DNA of 63,899 bases, counting the filler, from Aduncisulcus paluster (taxonomy: Eukaryota), in assembly GCA_024181965.1 (NCBI GenBank). It is 7 parts of 7 records of this genome, joined end to end, with 100 filler letters (N's around TTAATTAATTAA, not from the genome) between each part and the next. Parts side by side here need not be neighbours in the genome. Positions count along the whole stretch, not along the records: positions 1 to 16,803 come from BQXS01012432.1; 6 more parts are not named here. One strand, 5' to 3'. Position numbers and translations under genes: made by a program. The notes below the pieces were generated by a model. The model was not told the origin of the DNA. It searched no databases and saw only the letters and a program-made list of their open reading frames with translations. Positions 1 through 10,868 of this stretch are shown piece after piece (the stretch's first letter is position 1; each line of letters begins with the position of its first letter).

Positions 1-1003
1 ATTTTATTGGAAATATCTTGCCCAAAATAAAAATAAAAATGTACATAAAATACATTACAAAATTCTAGGGTATGTAAATGTGTGACGATCTTTGATTCCA
101 GAAGAATATGACAACCCATCGTTTTCTTAAGTTAAAGGGGGGAAATAAGAAAAAAAATCCACGTCAGAAAGTAATATGAATCACATGAACATGCAAATAT
201 CATGCGAATACTCACTCTAAAGTCCATGATATAGCCCCGATAATGGAGCCGTGAAACATATTACAGAGCACAGGATACGCTATCCGGCACTATGGAGGAG
301 CACACAGCTAGAAATGATCATAGATGATATAAACATATAAATACATAAATATAAATACAACCAAGACAATTGGTGCTTCCAAACCTGACCGTGCAATCCA
401 ATACTACGGCCTCAACGAAAACATTACTCGAGGAGAGTGAATAACACTCATGAATGTCCCCACCATTACTTATATATATCTAGATATATCTAGATACAAT
501 AAAAAAAGATAGGGAACAAACAAAACATTAGGAGCCAATCTTGTCGCATATGAGAGGTCAATAATCAACATTATCCACATCCATGGAACAAGTAGCGGGG
601 TATAAAATATAAAAGCAATAGTACAGTATATCTTGAGAAAGTTGGGATACCAAGCTCAAGGTCTGGAATATAATTCCAAACCGAGCGAGACCAACGTCAC
701 GGGTAATATCATTAATACATTGAGGTCTGACAGCACAACAAAGGAGAAAAACAGAATCCCGAAGAATTCCACCTTTGACCTTCTGCAATGTGGACAAAGG
801 ACAGTGTTTTGTTCTAAATACATCATTAGAGAGAAAACAAGGTAAATCAAATAGTAAATGTTTATTAAATTGCATATAGAGTGGATTGAAAGCTTTTAAA
901 TCCATGAAAAACTCAAATGCGACGATTTACGCTCGAAAGTTGTGTTTTTACACAGTGTTTGAATGTTTTCAAAATGTTATGCCTAAAAATATGTCCAATG
1001 GTA

Positions 1004-2131
1004 TCAAACTTTTGATTTCATATTTGACATTTCTATAATTTTCGGAGAGGTTTGTTTTCCAAAGATCTTCGACGATCCATGACTTGAGTTAACTTCATCT
1101 TTCTCATCTCGAGCAGGCAAATGCTCTGAAAGAGGAACCCCTGAAGATGATGTTTCTTCTTCTATAATGATGATATCTTTCTCCGTTTCTTTCATGGCAT
1201 CGCCTAACTTAGTCTTTGCAACAAGAGTCATAATTAACCCAGCAATAATAATTATCATACCAATAATCTCCCAAATAGAAGGGTATTCGCCAACAATACT
1301 TGAAAATAAGATGCCAATAGGACCTTGAAGAGAAATTATAGCTGCAAATGTCTGAACACTTTTCATATGCTTAAGAGTATATACGGACAAAGTATGACCA
1401 ACACACGTGCCACCGATACCTAAAAATAGAAGTAAAGCGATGTCCTTTGATGTCATGGACGGGAATTCTCTAATAAATTCTGGTACAGAACTTCCAAAGA
1501 TACAAAGCATCATAACAATTCCAAATAAATTATACATCGCGATAATGCCGGTAGATCCAATCAACCCCCGTTTTAATATAAGCTTTTGAAGGATATTTGA
1601 GGTGGGAGATTGTAAAACGCATAGAAATAGAACAATGTTGGCGAGTGCAACCATACCCTCACCATTTTTAAAGTCTTGGATGGCAGCCAGGGGGTTGACG
1701 GATATTACAGTCCCAATAAATGCAGTGATAATACCAATTATTTTTAATGGGGATGCCTTTTCCCATTTTAAAATGATCGTAAACATGAGCATGAAAACAG
1801 GTTTTAACGGATTCATTAGAGCTGAAACATTCACTGTTGTATACTGTAATGCCCATGCCATGCCCGATTGGAAGACAACAAACCCACTGAAACTGCCAAA
1901 AAAGAGCATAAGCAAGGTTTTCCAATCGGAAAAGACCTTTTTCCATTGAGTTTTTTCAATGACACAAGTGGCCATTGGGAAAAGGAATATATTAGCACAA
2001 ACCATACGAAACATGACAATTCCCCATGAATTAAGATGTTTTAACTGTCGTATAGCGAACTGAACCCCCACAAACAGAAATTGGAGGAGAATGCGAATAG
2101 TCAAGGGAAAAATTTCACTTTTATCAACCAT
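1004..2131 (-). CDS. Drug/metabolite transporter (EamA/WAT1-like), about 10 TM segments
   Basis: 375-aa ORF with repeated hydrophobic segments and EamA-type motifs (FRMVCA, ALQYTTVNVSALM, LKWEKASPLKIIGII, IIGMIIIIAGL). Confidence 0.85.
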   Translation of the reverse strand: MVDKSEIFPLTIRILLQFLFVGVQFAIRQLKHLNSWGIVMFRMVCANIFLFPMATCVIEKTQWKKVFSDWKTLLMLFFGSFSGFVVFQSGMAWALQYTTVNVSALMNPLKPVFMLMFTIILKWEKASPLKIIGIITAFIGTVISVNPLAAIQDFKNGEGMVALANIVLFLCVLQSPTSNILQKLILKRGLIGSTGIIAMYNLFGIVMMLCIFGSSVPEFIREFPSMTSKDIALLLFLGIGGTCVGHTLSVYTLKHMKSVQTFAAIISLQGPIGILFSSIVGEYPSIWEIIGMIIIIAGLIMTLVAKTKLGDAMKETEKDIIIIEEETSSSGVPLSEHLPARDEKDEVNSSHGSSKIFGKQTSPKIIEMSNMKSKV

Positions 2132-2370
2132 ATTTAAAATGTAATCAATAAATTAATTTGAACTATAAGAGAATAAAGGCGAATGAATGAAAACGTCAGA
2201 CACAGAATTTGAAAACAATAAATAATGGAATATAACGCCAAATATTGATAATTTATAGACAAATTCGATAAAAGTAAATCAATATAACACAATATTTGTG
2301 TTAGTTCCGAACAAAGAGCCAGGAAGGTTCCAATCAACATGAAATCAGGGAATTTTATTCATATGTGGGA

Positions 2371-3117
2371 TTATTTTAAACCATGATCAATAAACAACGC
2401 AGATTGTCCCTTTGAAGCTCCTTTTCCATCAGATCTTTTTGGAGTTTTCTTCGGTTTTAATTTTGTTATTCTTGATAATAATAACTCTTTATCTTCCATT
2501 CTCAATGTTAAATTTGACTGGACAACAGATCTTGCACTCATTTTGGTTGCCTTTTCTTCATCTTCAGTACCATCAAATATCACATTGGTGGAAGGGCCAA
2601 GAGTCATCTTCCGTTGTGATAATTTAGATTGAAATTTGGAAATAGTCTTTAAATTCCTCGCTTTTTTATATCGATGACCTCCTCTTGTCTTTGGTTTCAT
2701 GCTTGTACCTGGAATAGGCAAAGGTCGATGAGAATATGGAAGTGGCATCGCAGAAACAGCCTTTTCAAGACATTTAGCCCGCATTTGCACGCCTTGACTC
2801 CCATCATCACACGATCTATGATGATCAATCGTTGCAGCAAGACGTATTTTGTTGCAAAAGGCTCGTAACACTTTGGCTAACTTTCCCGGATCAGATCGAA
2901 ACAAATTTTGTTTTTCTGGGAACTCAAGTTTCATGATAATGCCAAATCTACTCAATTTTCCAGGAATAGTTCCATCTCTAGATGAAGAATCACTTCCTAA
3001 AGTTTGAATATTTGCAGGAGGTGTTTGACATAATTTTTCAAGACTTCCAACATGTTTTATAATTTCTTTGGTTAAGTTGTTTCCGATGAGAGCATCTAAA
3101 TTTGGGGTGAGAGGCAT
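2371..3117 (-). CDS. PRP31: U4/U6 snRNP protein Prp31 homolog (Nop domain + Prp31_C), lacking the N-terminal coiled-coil/NOSIC region
   Basis: Nop domain (PNLDALIG...GSLEKLCQTPPANIQTLG...KIRLAATID...G) followed by the Prp31-specific RPLPIP...KTRGGHRYKK motif. Confidence 0.8.
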   Translation of the reverse strand: MPLTPNLDALIGNNLTKEIIKHVGSLEKLCQTPPANIQTLGSDSSSRDGTIPGKLSRFGIIMKLEFPEKQNLFRSDPGKLAKVLRAFCNKIRLAATIDHHRSCDDGSQGVQMRAKCLEKAVSAMPLPYSHRPLPIPGTSMKPKTRGGHRYKKARNLKTISKFQSKLSQRKMTLGPSTNVIFDGTEDEEKATKMSARSVVQSNLTLRMEDKELLLSRITKLKPKKTPKRSDGKGASKGQSALFIDHGLK

Positions 3118-3324
3118 AGAGTCAGAAAAAAAAAAGGGGGGCGGGAATTCATCGTTGTACAGTCAATATTATTGAGAAAAGCAAACCATTTAGCGATTAA
3201 CACAATATTGTAAGTAAAATGAAGATATTATTTGCCAATTACCTTTATATCAGTGATGATCAATTATTTACTCCTGTAACAATATACAGAACCTATGGGA
3301 TGTTATAATGCTTTATTATCTCTC

Positions 3325-3892
3325 TTACCAGAAGTATCCGATGACTTTTCCTCCAATCTTCTTGGCATAGGCCTCAGAGTGGTCCATGATTCCAGAAGAA
3401 GTGGTGAGGATGACATGACCGAAAAGACGGGAAGGAAGAAGACGAGTAACCCACTTGGAGAGGTCCTCACGGGCGACATCGAAACGGGGAGAGATAACTC
3501 CAGCCTTGTTAAGACGACCAGTGAGTTGGATACGGATCTTTCCACCACGGTGGTCATCAATAACATCGAAGTCTCCAATGTATCCTAAATCACACAAAAA
3601 ATATCAATAAATAATGATTAATAAACAATAGTATAAGATCAGTAAAATTTTAAAAGCATTTTAAGCAAATAAAAATGATTCAGACAAAATGTTGTAAGAA
3701 AACAAAAATAATTGAATAATTTTAAAGAATATTGTGCTAAGACTAAAAAATATACATACCCTTCTTCTGCATGAGCTGAAGGAACTTCACAACAACCTTG
3801 GAGCAAGGGCGAGTCAAGACTTCCCTTTTACCGGCACGCTCAGCGTTAACCATGGACTTTAAGCAATCTCTAAGAACGTTAACTCTCACCAT
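3325..3892 (-). CDS. RPS15A: 40S ribosomal protein S15a (uS8), 2 exons: 3892-3760 and 3584-3325; intron 3759-3585
   Basis: Exon 1 [26 protein letters not shown]...MQKK-G, GTATGT donor, TTTAG acceptor, exon 2 [17 protein letters not shown]...; spliced CDS 393 nt = 130 aa. Confidence 0.97.
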
Positions 3893-4364
3893 TTTGTAAA
3901 AAAAGCCGACGTAATGACCCTGAAAGACTCAAAAGAGAAGAGATTTGTTTTTCTCTCTCGAACGCTAAAAATAGACCATGAGAAGAGAGCTATCCTGACC
4001 TGAAGGAAATATAATCCATTTATTTTAGCAAACAAAATATTAAGTATATTAATGGTAATATCACCTTTCCCATACATCGGTTCCCAAAGTCAATCCTAGA
4101 AAAAGTTGATTGGCATCCCATTAAAACACTTATTATTCTTGAGTTATGAAGCCAAAAATATAATAATACATGCAGTATCTTTTGTGATATCTATTAAATT
4201 ATAATTATACATTTAATCTCGCCCTATACCAAATCCTTAAAATACAATCTGTATTACAACACCCAAAATAGTAAATATTGAAATTTTATTTAACATTTTC
4301 ACTTCTGCTTCCAAGGATCATGATCCAAATAAGTCAAAATATTAATAGGATACTCATAAATCGG

Positions 4365-4476
4365 CGATTCAGTGTACATCTGGCGGTCACTTGAAATTGT
4401 AAAATGCAGCCACTTGGCAGCCACTTGCAGCCAAATTTCTCGTTGGCAGCCAGCGCCTGCAAGATGTACATCCCTG
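4365..4476. mobile_element. 112-bp hAT-type miniature element remnant
   Basis: 8-bp direct repeat TAAATCGG at 4357-4364 and 4477-4484. The right end reads CAGGGATGTACATCT on the minus strand; the left end is a degenerate copy (TGTACATCT core). Four internal GCAGCCA repeats. Confidence 0.7.
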
Positions 4477-4523
4477 TAAATCGGTAATAGAATTGCCATT
4501 CATGAATAACAACATAATGTTTA

Positions 4524-5988
4524 TCAAAAGTTCTCTTTAAGTTCCAAATGTCTTATTTCCCTCTCAAGGTCTTGTATTTCTCTTTGTAATTTCAAGTCTT
4601 TTGAGTGGAATTCTACAATTTCTTTATGGCTGGTTTCTTTGAGTTCTTTTAGTTTTGAATGAAGTTTGGCAATTTCAGACTGCATAAATTCAAACTTTTT
4701 TGAAACTTCCATTTTCATTGGAAGTAATTTCCTAATAAGATCCTTCTGACATGAGAGGTCAGTTCTGGTTGTAGGAGGAATACTGTCGCGTTTTTCAAAT
4801 TCTTTTTTGGCCTTCTTAAATTCTTTAGCTTTTATAACCATCAAATCCATGGAATGTTCAAGCTTCTCAGTCTTAGTTTTAGTATCATAAGCTTCGTCAA
4901 TTTTTTCAATTACAGAACATAAATCACCATAAAGGCTTTTAGTTGCTTTAATTGCTGCTGAAAGTGATTGTAAATGACCTGATGAATCCTTGCCCGTCTG
5001 TTTTTGTTCCACGNNNNNNNNNNNNNNNNNNNNCCATTTTAATTGGAAGTAATTTCCTAATAAGATCCTTCTGACATGAGAGGTCAGTTCTGGTTGTAGG
5101 AGGAATACTGTCGCGTTTTTCAAATTCTTTTTTGGCCTTCTTAAATTCTTTAGCTTTTATAACCATCAAATCCATGGAATGTTCAAGCTTCTCAGTCTTA
5201 GTTTTAGTATCATAAGCTTCGTCAATTTTTTCAATTACAGAACATAAATCACCATAAAGGCTTTTAGTTGCTTTAATTGCTGCTGAAAGTGATTGTAAAT
5301 GACCTGATGAATCCTTGCCCGTCTGTTTTTGTTCCACGACCCTCTTGAGTCTCTTGATTTCATCTTGGAGTTCTTCATGGTTTTGAGGAGATTGATGGGC
5401 ATTAAGGTTGATTTGAGCTTGGTATATTTCTACTTCTTTAGATGATAATAATTTTTTCTCTTTTTCTAACTCAGCCTTTTTTTCTTCAATTTCTTTTTTC
5501 TGCTCTTCTAAAGCCTTTTCAAGTTCTGTCACCTCTTTTTGACCCCTGAGTTTCTTTTCTTTGAAAGATTTCACACATTGTTCTGAACCATAGTTAAAAA
5601 CCATATCTCGTAATGAGAGATGATCCATGATAAAACTAAAAAGAGAATACGTTCTCTCGCTTTTTGGGAAAATTAGATCTTTTTGAGAGACCCCAATATC
5701 AAATTCTTTGAAAATTTTGGATATTTCACAGAGAAATAAAAAAAAGGTAGACTGTGGGAAAGGACCTGGATCTAATGTCTCTTCAAATGCAGTTGCAATA
5801 TCATCTGCATAATATCCAGTCAATTCTTCAAACAATACTTCATATATAGGCATTAAATGAGAACCTATTGGATGTTCGATATCATATCCCGTAATACTCC
5901 AATCGCTATCCCATGTCCCATACATTATCTCACTAAGACGTTCATTTATGCGTGTTGCTAATTTTGAATAGTTTATAGGATCTGGCAT
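4524..5988 (-). CDS. NUF2: Kinetochore protein Nuf2 (Ndc80 complex), CH domain + coiled coil; split by an assembly gap with a 305-bp duplicated overlap (about 379 aa when collapsed)
   Basis: ITGYDIEHP..LMPIYEVLFEELTG and VSQKDLIFPKSERTYSLFSFIMDHLSLRD match the Nuf2 CH-domain motifs (DLxxP...IY; DIxxPKxxRTxxxLSxIxNFxxFRE), followed by a long coiled coil. 4709-5013 duplicates 5034-5338. Confidence 0.75.
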
Positions 5989-6267
5989 TTCACTCAAACA
6001 TGAAGTATTTTAATTGCATGAATTTTTTTTGCATAAAATCCGTAATGACTGCCAAAAGTTGTTAAAATGTGAGTTATTAAAGTAAATTCTTTTTTTCATT
6101 TCTTTGAATTATTTGAGATTCTGCTATACCAAAATTTGCCGACTTGACAACTTAATACCAAGGATATCCTTTAGAACATATAAAAAATCTCTTCGAATAA
6201 ACATGTTATTTATTATTTTCCTTTGATTTTAATTGAAATTGTGATTATATCACCAAAATCAGGAAGT

Positions 6268-6917
6268 TTACTTCTTACGGCTAACACCAATAGAAGAACT
6301 GAATCTACCAGTACCCTTGGTACGTTGACCTCTGACCTTGATCCTCAAGTGGTGACGGATACCACGGTGACGACGGGTCTTACGCATACGCTGGAGGTCC
6401 TCACGAAGGGTGTTGGAAATGTGGTTGACAGTCAAATGAACATCCTTACCGGTGGTGTAATCCTTACGACGGTTCAACATCCAGACGGGGATACCGTGCT
6501 CGAGAGGCTTCTCGATAATCTCGGTGATACGGGCAACCTCTTCCTGAGTGAGCTCACCAGCACGTTTACCGAAATCGACACCAGCTCTCTTGATGACCAT
6601 GTTGGCGAAACGACGACCGACACCAGGGATGGCAGTGATAGCGTACATCACCTTGATGTCACCACTAACATTGGTGGAAAACATACGGATAAGACCTTGG
6701 AAGCTCTCTTCTTTGACAAGACTCTAAATAAAAATAATAATATTAATTAATCGATTTTGAAGAAAATTAATTAAATAATTTGAAAAATTTAAAAGAAACA
6801 ACAAATAAAAATGGAGAGAAGATAAATTGGTTTAAAAGAACCATTATCATATTAAATAAAGGAATTGTAAGGATTAGGCTATTGATATTATCGTAATTTT
6901 GATTATTTACATACCAT
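6268..6917 (-). CDS. RPS18: 40S ribosomal protein S18 (uS13), 2 exons: ATG 6917-6915 and 6723-6268; intron 6914-6724
   Basis: ATG|GTATGT...TTTAG|AGTCTTGTC gives MSLVKEESFQGLIRMFSTNV...VRGQRTKGTGR; 152 aa. Confidence 0.97.
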
Positions 6918-7310
6918 TTAGTACTCTATTCCGGTGCAAATAAGCAAGAAGGATTGAGTTTCTAAAAATCTAAAATTAGGCTGTTGAGCGAAATCATCCA
7001 TATCGCTGCTATCAATAATAAAATACATATGAATTTATTTTATTTGCTTAGTATTGTAGTATTCCTGATAATATATCTCTTGTTTTCAACTTTAAAGCAT
7101 CTCTGATCGAAGGACAATTATCGTCGAAGATAGAAATATAATAAAAAAAAGTAATTTATTTTCACTGTCTATTAGTAATATTATATTTAATATTTGTATT
7201 ACTATTTCTTTAATATTGCAATTAAGGGTTAGAAACCAAAATAGAATGTTGAGAAAATTGCTGGCCGATTTTCCTTAATTGATCCCTTTTGGCGCTTATC
7301 AAGATAAAAG
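6918..7310. promoter_or_regulatory. Probable shared bidirectional promoter of RPS18 and RPS24
   Basis: 393-bp AT-rich spacer between head-to-head start codons of two 40S protein genes. No specific motif identified. Confidence 0.5.
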
Positions 7311-7798
7311 ATGAAGTTTACGTTACGTGTTCGTAAATTCTTGAAGAACCCCCTCTTCAGCCGTCGTCAGATGGTATGTATTAAGTGATATTTATCATTA
7401 GTTCTCCATAACCGTAGATGTTAACACAAAAATTATATATTTTTATTATTTATTTAATTTTATGATTTATTTTTTTATTTTAGGTCGTTGAAGTGTCCCA
7501 CCCAGGTGCTCAGCTCCCCACCAAGACAGAACTCCGTGCCATGCTTGGAAAGATCTACCACGTTAAAGATGAGAGTACTATCATCCTTCAAAAGTTCGCC
7601 ACCAAGTACGGAGGTTCTCAATCTACTGGATTCTGTAAGATTTATGACTCCAAGGATGATCTTCTTAAGAACGAGCCCAAATTCATGCACGCCCGTATGA
7701 AATTGATCGAGTATGAGCGTCCTTCCCGTAAGGCCATTAAGGGACGTAAGAATGCCGGAAAGAAGACCTGGGGTACCCACCCTAGAAAGAAGAAGTAA
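7311..7798 (+). CDS. RPS24: 40S ribosomal protein S24 (eS24), 2 exons: 7311-7373 and 7484-7798; intron 7374-7483
   Basis: MKFTLRVRKFLKNPLFSRRQM|GTATGT...TTTTAG|VVEVSHPG...FATKYGGSQSTGFCKIYDS; 125 aa. Confidence 0.97.
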
Positions 7799-7954
7799 TC
7801 AATAAACCGTAATACTTCTACAACGGTTAGTTCTTGATAGTTATCTTAATAAATCTTGACAAATCATTTATTTTTTATTGCAGTTTAATTATTTTCCATT
7901 TTGATATTCTTTCTTTCACTAGATTCCCTCTCAAAAAATTCTTTTAATATTGCG

Positions 7955-8257
7955 ATGAATTTCGAAACTGAAGAAGTTCAAAAATATCAAAAAGAATTTC
8001 TAGATGCTGCATTTATTAAAAATTTGAGATTAATTGATCCTCCAAAGGGTGAAATACAGGGTCATGACCAATGGTTTGAAGTAACTACCATCGAAGGGGA
8101 AGAATATATATTGTGCCAGACAAAAAGTGGTATAAAGGATCTTCCAGGAAAATTTTGGAGTGATTTAGAGGGTTTCCTTCGAGAACATTCCTCAGCTTTT
8201 GTCTTTGCTTTCCATTCTGCTGTCTTATTGAAATGCAGTAAGCTTCAGGAAAAATAA
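7955..8257 (+). CDS. GSKIP-domain (DUF727-like) small protein
   Basis: 100 aa with FEVTTIEGEEYILCQTKSG...SDLEGFLREHSSAFVFAFHSAVLLKCSKL, resembling the GSKIP pattern (TxEG...LxxLLxxxSxxFxxxF..L..KL). Confidence 0.6.
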   Translation: MNFETEEVQKYQKEFLDAAFIKNLRLIDPPKGEIQGHDQWFEVTTIEGEEYILCQTKSGIKDLPGKFWSDLEGFLREHSSAFVFAFHSAVLLKCSKLQEK

Positions 8258-8412
8258 ATATATAATTCTTGTCATTTTATCCAACCATTTTTTTTCAAGA
8301 CACTATTAATATTCATGTCTGTATGAATCCAAAATAATCAAGAAAATTCAATTTTTATTCATTGGTTTTGATTCATATTACATTCTATTTTTTCGATTAA
8401 TCTCAATTATCA

Positions 8413-10389
8413 ATGAAAAGTGGACACCAATTTCATGAAGATGACACTTGTGAACTTGTTATTCTCCACGATCCAGGAATTGGATCATATCTCAACAGTC
8501 TCCACCCTGCTGGAGCACTTTTTGAGAAACCTTTGTCGACATGCGAGGCTAAAAAACAACATAATGTTTTTAGAAAACTCATAGAAGAAAGTGGTGCTAA
8601 AGTTCTCACGGTTAGAGAAATTCTTAGAATGGACGTTGACAAAGACATGGTATCGCGCGTAAATTTAGAAGAATTGGCTTTGACAAGACTAACATATCAA
8701 TTTGTTGGTAGCAATGGACTTCCTGACAAGACTCATACCCCTCAAGAGAAGTATTACGTCTCTGACGAATATAAACGTGAAGTTCTTCGTTCCCTTGACA
8801 TTGAGCGTCTTGTTGATGTTGTTTTATTAAACCCTACTATTAAACTGACCCGTACTGCCTACAACACTGGTATGGTTACTCAATCTACCGAACTCAACCC
8901 AGCCGGAAACCTCCTCTTCACCCGTGATCAACAGATTACCACTGGTTCTGGAGTTGTTATGTGTAACATGGCTTCTTCTCAGAGGTCTCACGAGATTGCT
9001 ATCATGGAGTTTTGCTTCAAGAAACTCGGAATCAACCCCATCGGCCGTGTTTCGGCTCCTGGGACTCTTGAAGGGGGAGATTTCATGATGTGTGGTCCCT
9101 CCCTTGCGATGGTCGGAGTTGGATTGCGCACAAACTCTCTTGGAGCCTCATATCTCATGGATAACGATCTTCTCGGTACAGACCGCTTAGCCGTCGTCCG
9201 TGACATTTTTGACCGGAACCAAGACCGTTTACATCTCGATTGTGTGTTTGCTCCCCTTGGTCGTGACATTTGTCTCCTTGATGAGACCATTATTGGTGCT
9301 GCTAATCCCAAACGACGACTTGTTGATGTCTATTGCCGCACGAAGGCAGGGAGATATGTCATTGAGCAGTCACAGGTTGAGTTCAGTCAATTTTTGAAGT
9401 CTGAAGGATTCCACATTATTCCTGTTCCCCATAAACTTCAATTGGCATACGGAGTCAATGTGCTTAACCTTGGAGATTCAAGGATCTTAACGGTGAACGA
9501 TGACACTGCCCGTCTTGTTGCCAGAGACCCTCATTTCAAGGGAACTATCCAATCCATCGATTTTAGAGCAGTAACATCCATGTTTGGTTCCATGCACTGT
9601 TGTTCTCAATGTGTCATCCGTTCCCCTGCCAAGGTCACCAAAACAATGGCCTTCTACCCTCTTCCTGGTGAATATAGAGCTAAAGAACCCTCGGAACGTC
9701 CCATCGATCTGGCCTTCCCTTCTATAGATTGTATCATCAAAGTTCCCACATTCTGTGCTGATACTCTTGGCCTTGACCGTGTTGAGGAAGAAAAAATGTG
9801 TTCGGAAGGCCGCGAACTCCTCGAAGCTCTTGAAGATCAGGGTATTAATGTCCGTGTTGAAGTCTGTCTTTTGCACGGTCATCCCCAACAAGCCCGAGTG
9901 GGTGATTTCGTCAAAGTATTTAAATCCAAGGCTAGAACAGTCATGGCAGTGTTCCCATCCGTTAAGGAGACTCGTTCTCCTGTGCTGTGCAAATTATTGA
10001 AACAAGTCGCCGATTTCAATGGATGGTTGTTTGTTGATTTCACTTACCGTGGTGTCGTTCTGGCCGCATCTTCACTTGACTTGATCAAGCAAGCTGATGG
10101 CACGATGGCTCTGTGGTATGATAGTTCCATCACTGAAGCCCAAGGAACTCTTATCGCTGAGTTGGCCAGGCTATGTGAGGTAGGAACTGTTCCTGGTGAT
10201 TCATTTAGACCTATCATTGGCTGTGTTCCCATCAAGGGTGGGGAAGTCGTCCTTGTTGACTCTGAAGAGAAGGACTCAACTGAAATTGCCAAGAAACGTT
10301 GGCCTGAGGCTATCATTGTTCCCGTCAAGGTATCTAACCTTAAAATGATCCTTGGAGGTGGTTTGAGATGTTTTGTTGCATGTTTGTAA
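8413..10389 (+). CDS. ADI: Arginine deiminase with an additional degenerate C-terminal pentein-like domain
   Basis: Catalytic motifs NLLFTRDQ, LEGGD, DRLHLD and GSMHC in the first ~400 aa; a further ~250 aa end in LGGGLRC. Confidence 0.9.
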   Translation: MKSGHQFHEDDTCELVILHDPGIGSYLNSLHPAGALFEKPLSTCEAKKQHNVFRKLIEESGAKVLTVREILRMDVDKDMVSRVNLEELALTRLTYQFVGSNGLPDKTHTPQEKYYVSDEYKREVLRSLDIERLVDVVLLNPTIKLTRTAYNTGMVTQSTELNPAGNLLFTRDQQITTGSGVVMCNMASSQRSHEIAIMEFCFKKLGINPIGRVSAPGTLEGGDFMMCGPSLAMVGVGLRTNSLGASYLMDNDLLGTDRLAVVRDIFDRNQDRLHLDCVFAPLGRDICLLDETIIGAANPKRRLVDVYCRTKAGRYVIEQSQVEFSQFLKSEGFHIIPVPHKLQLAYGVNVLNLGDSRILTVNDDTARLVARDPHFKGTIQSIDFRAVTSMFGSMHCCSQCVIRSPAKVTKTMAFYPLPGEYRAKEPSERPIDLAFPSIDCIIKVPTFCADTLGLDRVEEEKMCSEGRELLEALEDQGINVRVEVCLLHGHPQQARVGDFVKVFKSKARTVMAVFPSVKETRSPVLCKLLKQVADFNGWLFVDFTYRGVVLAASSLDLIKQADGTMALWYDSSITEAQGTLIAELARLCEVGTVPGDSFRPIIGCVPIKGGEVVLVDSEEKDSTEIAKKRWPEAIIVPVKVSNLKMILGGGLRCFVACL

Positions 10390-10868
10390 TGATTTTTATC
10401 ACTATTTTTAGATGTTGAGAAACAGCTTCATGTGTGTGAAGATCCCCAGAAACTATTCCAGAAGATATCACAAGGGAGGCGTTATTTGATTATTTTTTCC
10501 ATTTATTTCAATAATTTCTATAGCAATTCGTTATGAAGATCCGCAATCGTAATTTGTATATATTATTTTAGATAATTTTGATCCCCAATTAAATAATCTT
10601 TGTTATAAAATTAATAGTATTATTTTAACATATAGTATATTATATTTTATACAAAATATTGCAACAACAGAAATCAAAAACATCTCGATATTCATGAATC
10701 ATGAATATTTGAGTTGTCTTGTTTTATATTACCTTTGATTCTTGTTACACATCGCTATATGACTTGCTACAATGATCCTTATAATAAACCAGTCTTCCAA
10801 TATCCTATATTAGATCATAGATCAAATATATCAGCTCACAGGATATCATAGGCTTTGTTGTGAGATAT

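Noticed and set aside
558..905. Short ORFs at 558-905 and 633-845
   Set aside because: No recognisable motifs, overlapping on both strands, and no splice support.
4709..5338. Apparent internal tandem duplications in Nuf2, the 20419 gene, the Cache protein, Orc1/Cdc6 and the retroelement end
   Set aside because: Each is a ~290-420-bp near-identical overlap on both sides of a 20-N gap, and collapsing restores the frame. 21396-21415 is a chimeric copy of 19839-19858. These are assembly or haplotype artefacts.
3295..6750. Long antisense ORFs over RPS15A and RPS18 (also RPS24, RPL3, ADI) and poly-S/F/K ORFs over E-rich genes
   Set aside because: Shadow frames caused by codon bias and low-complexity repeats.
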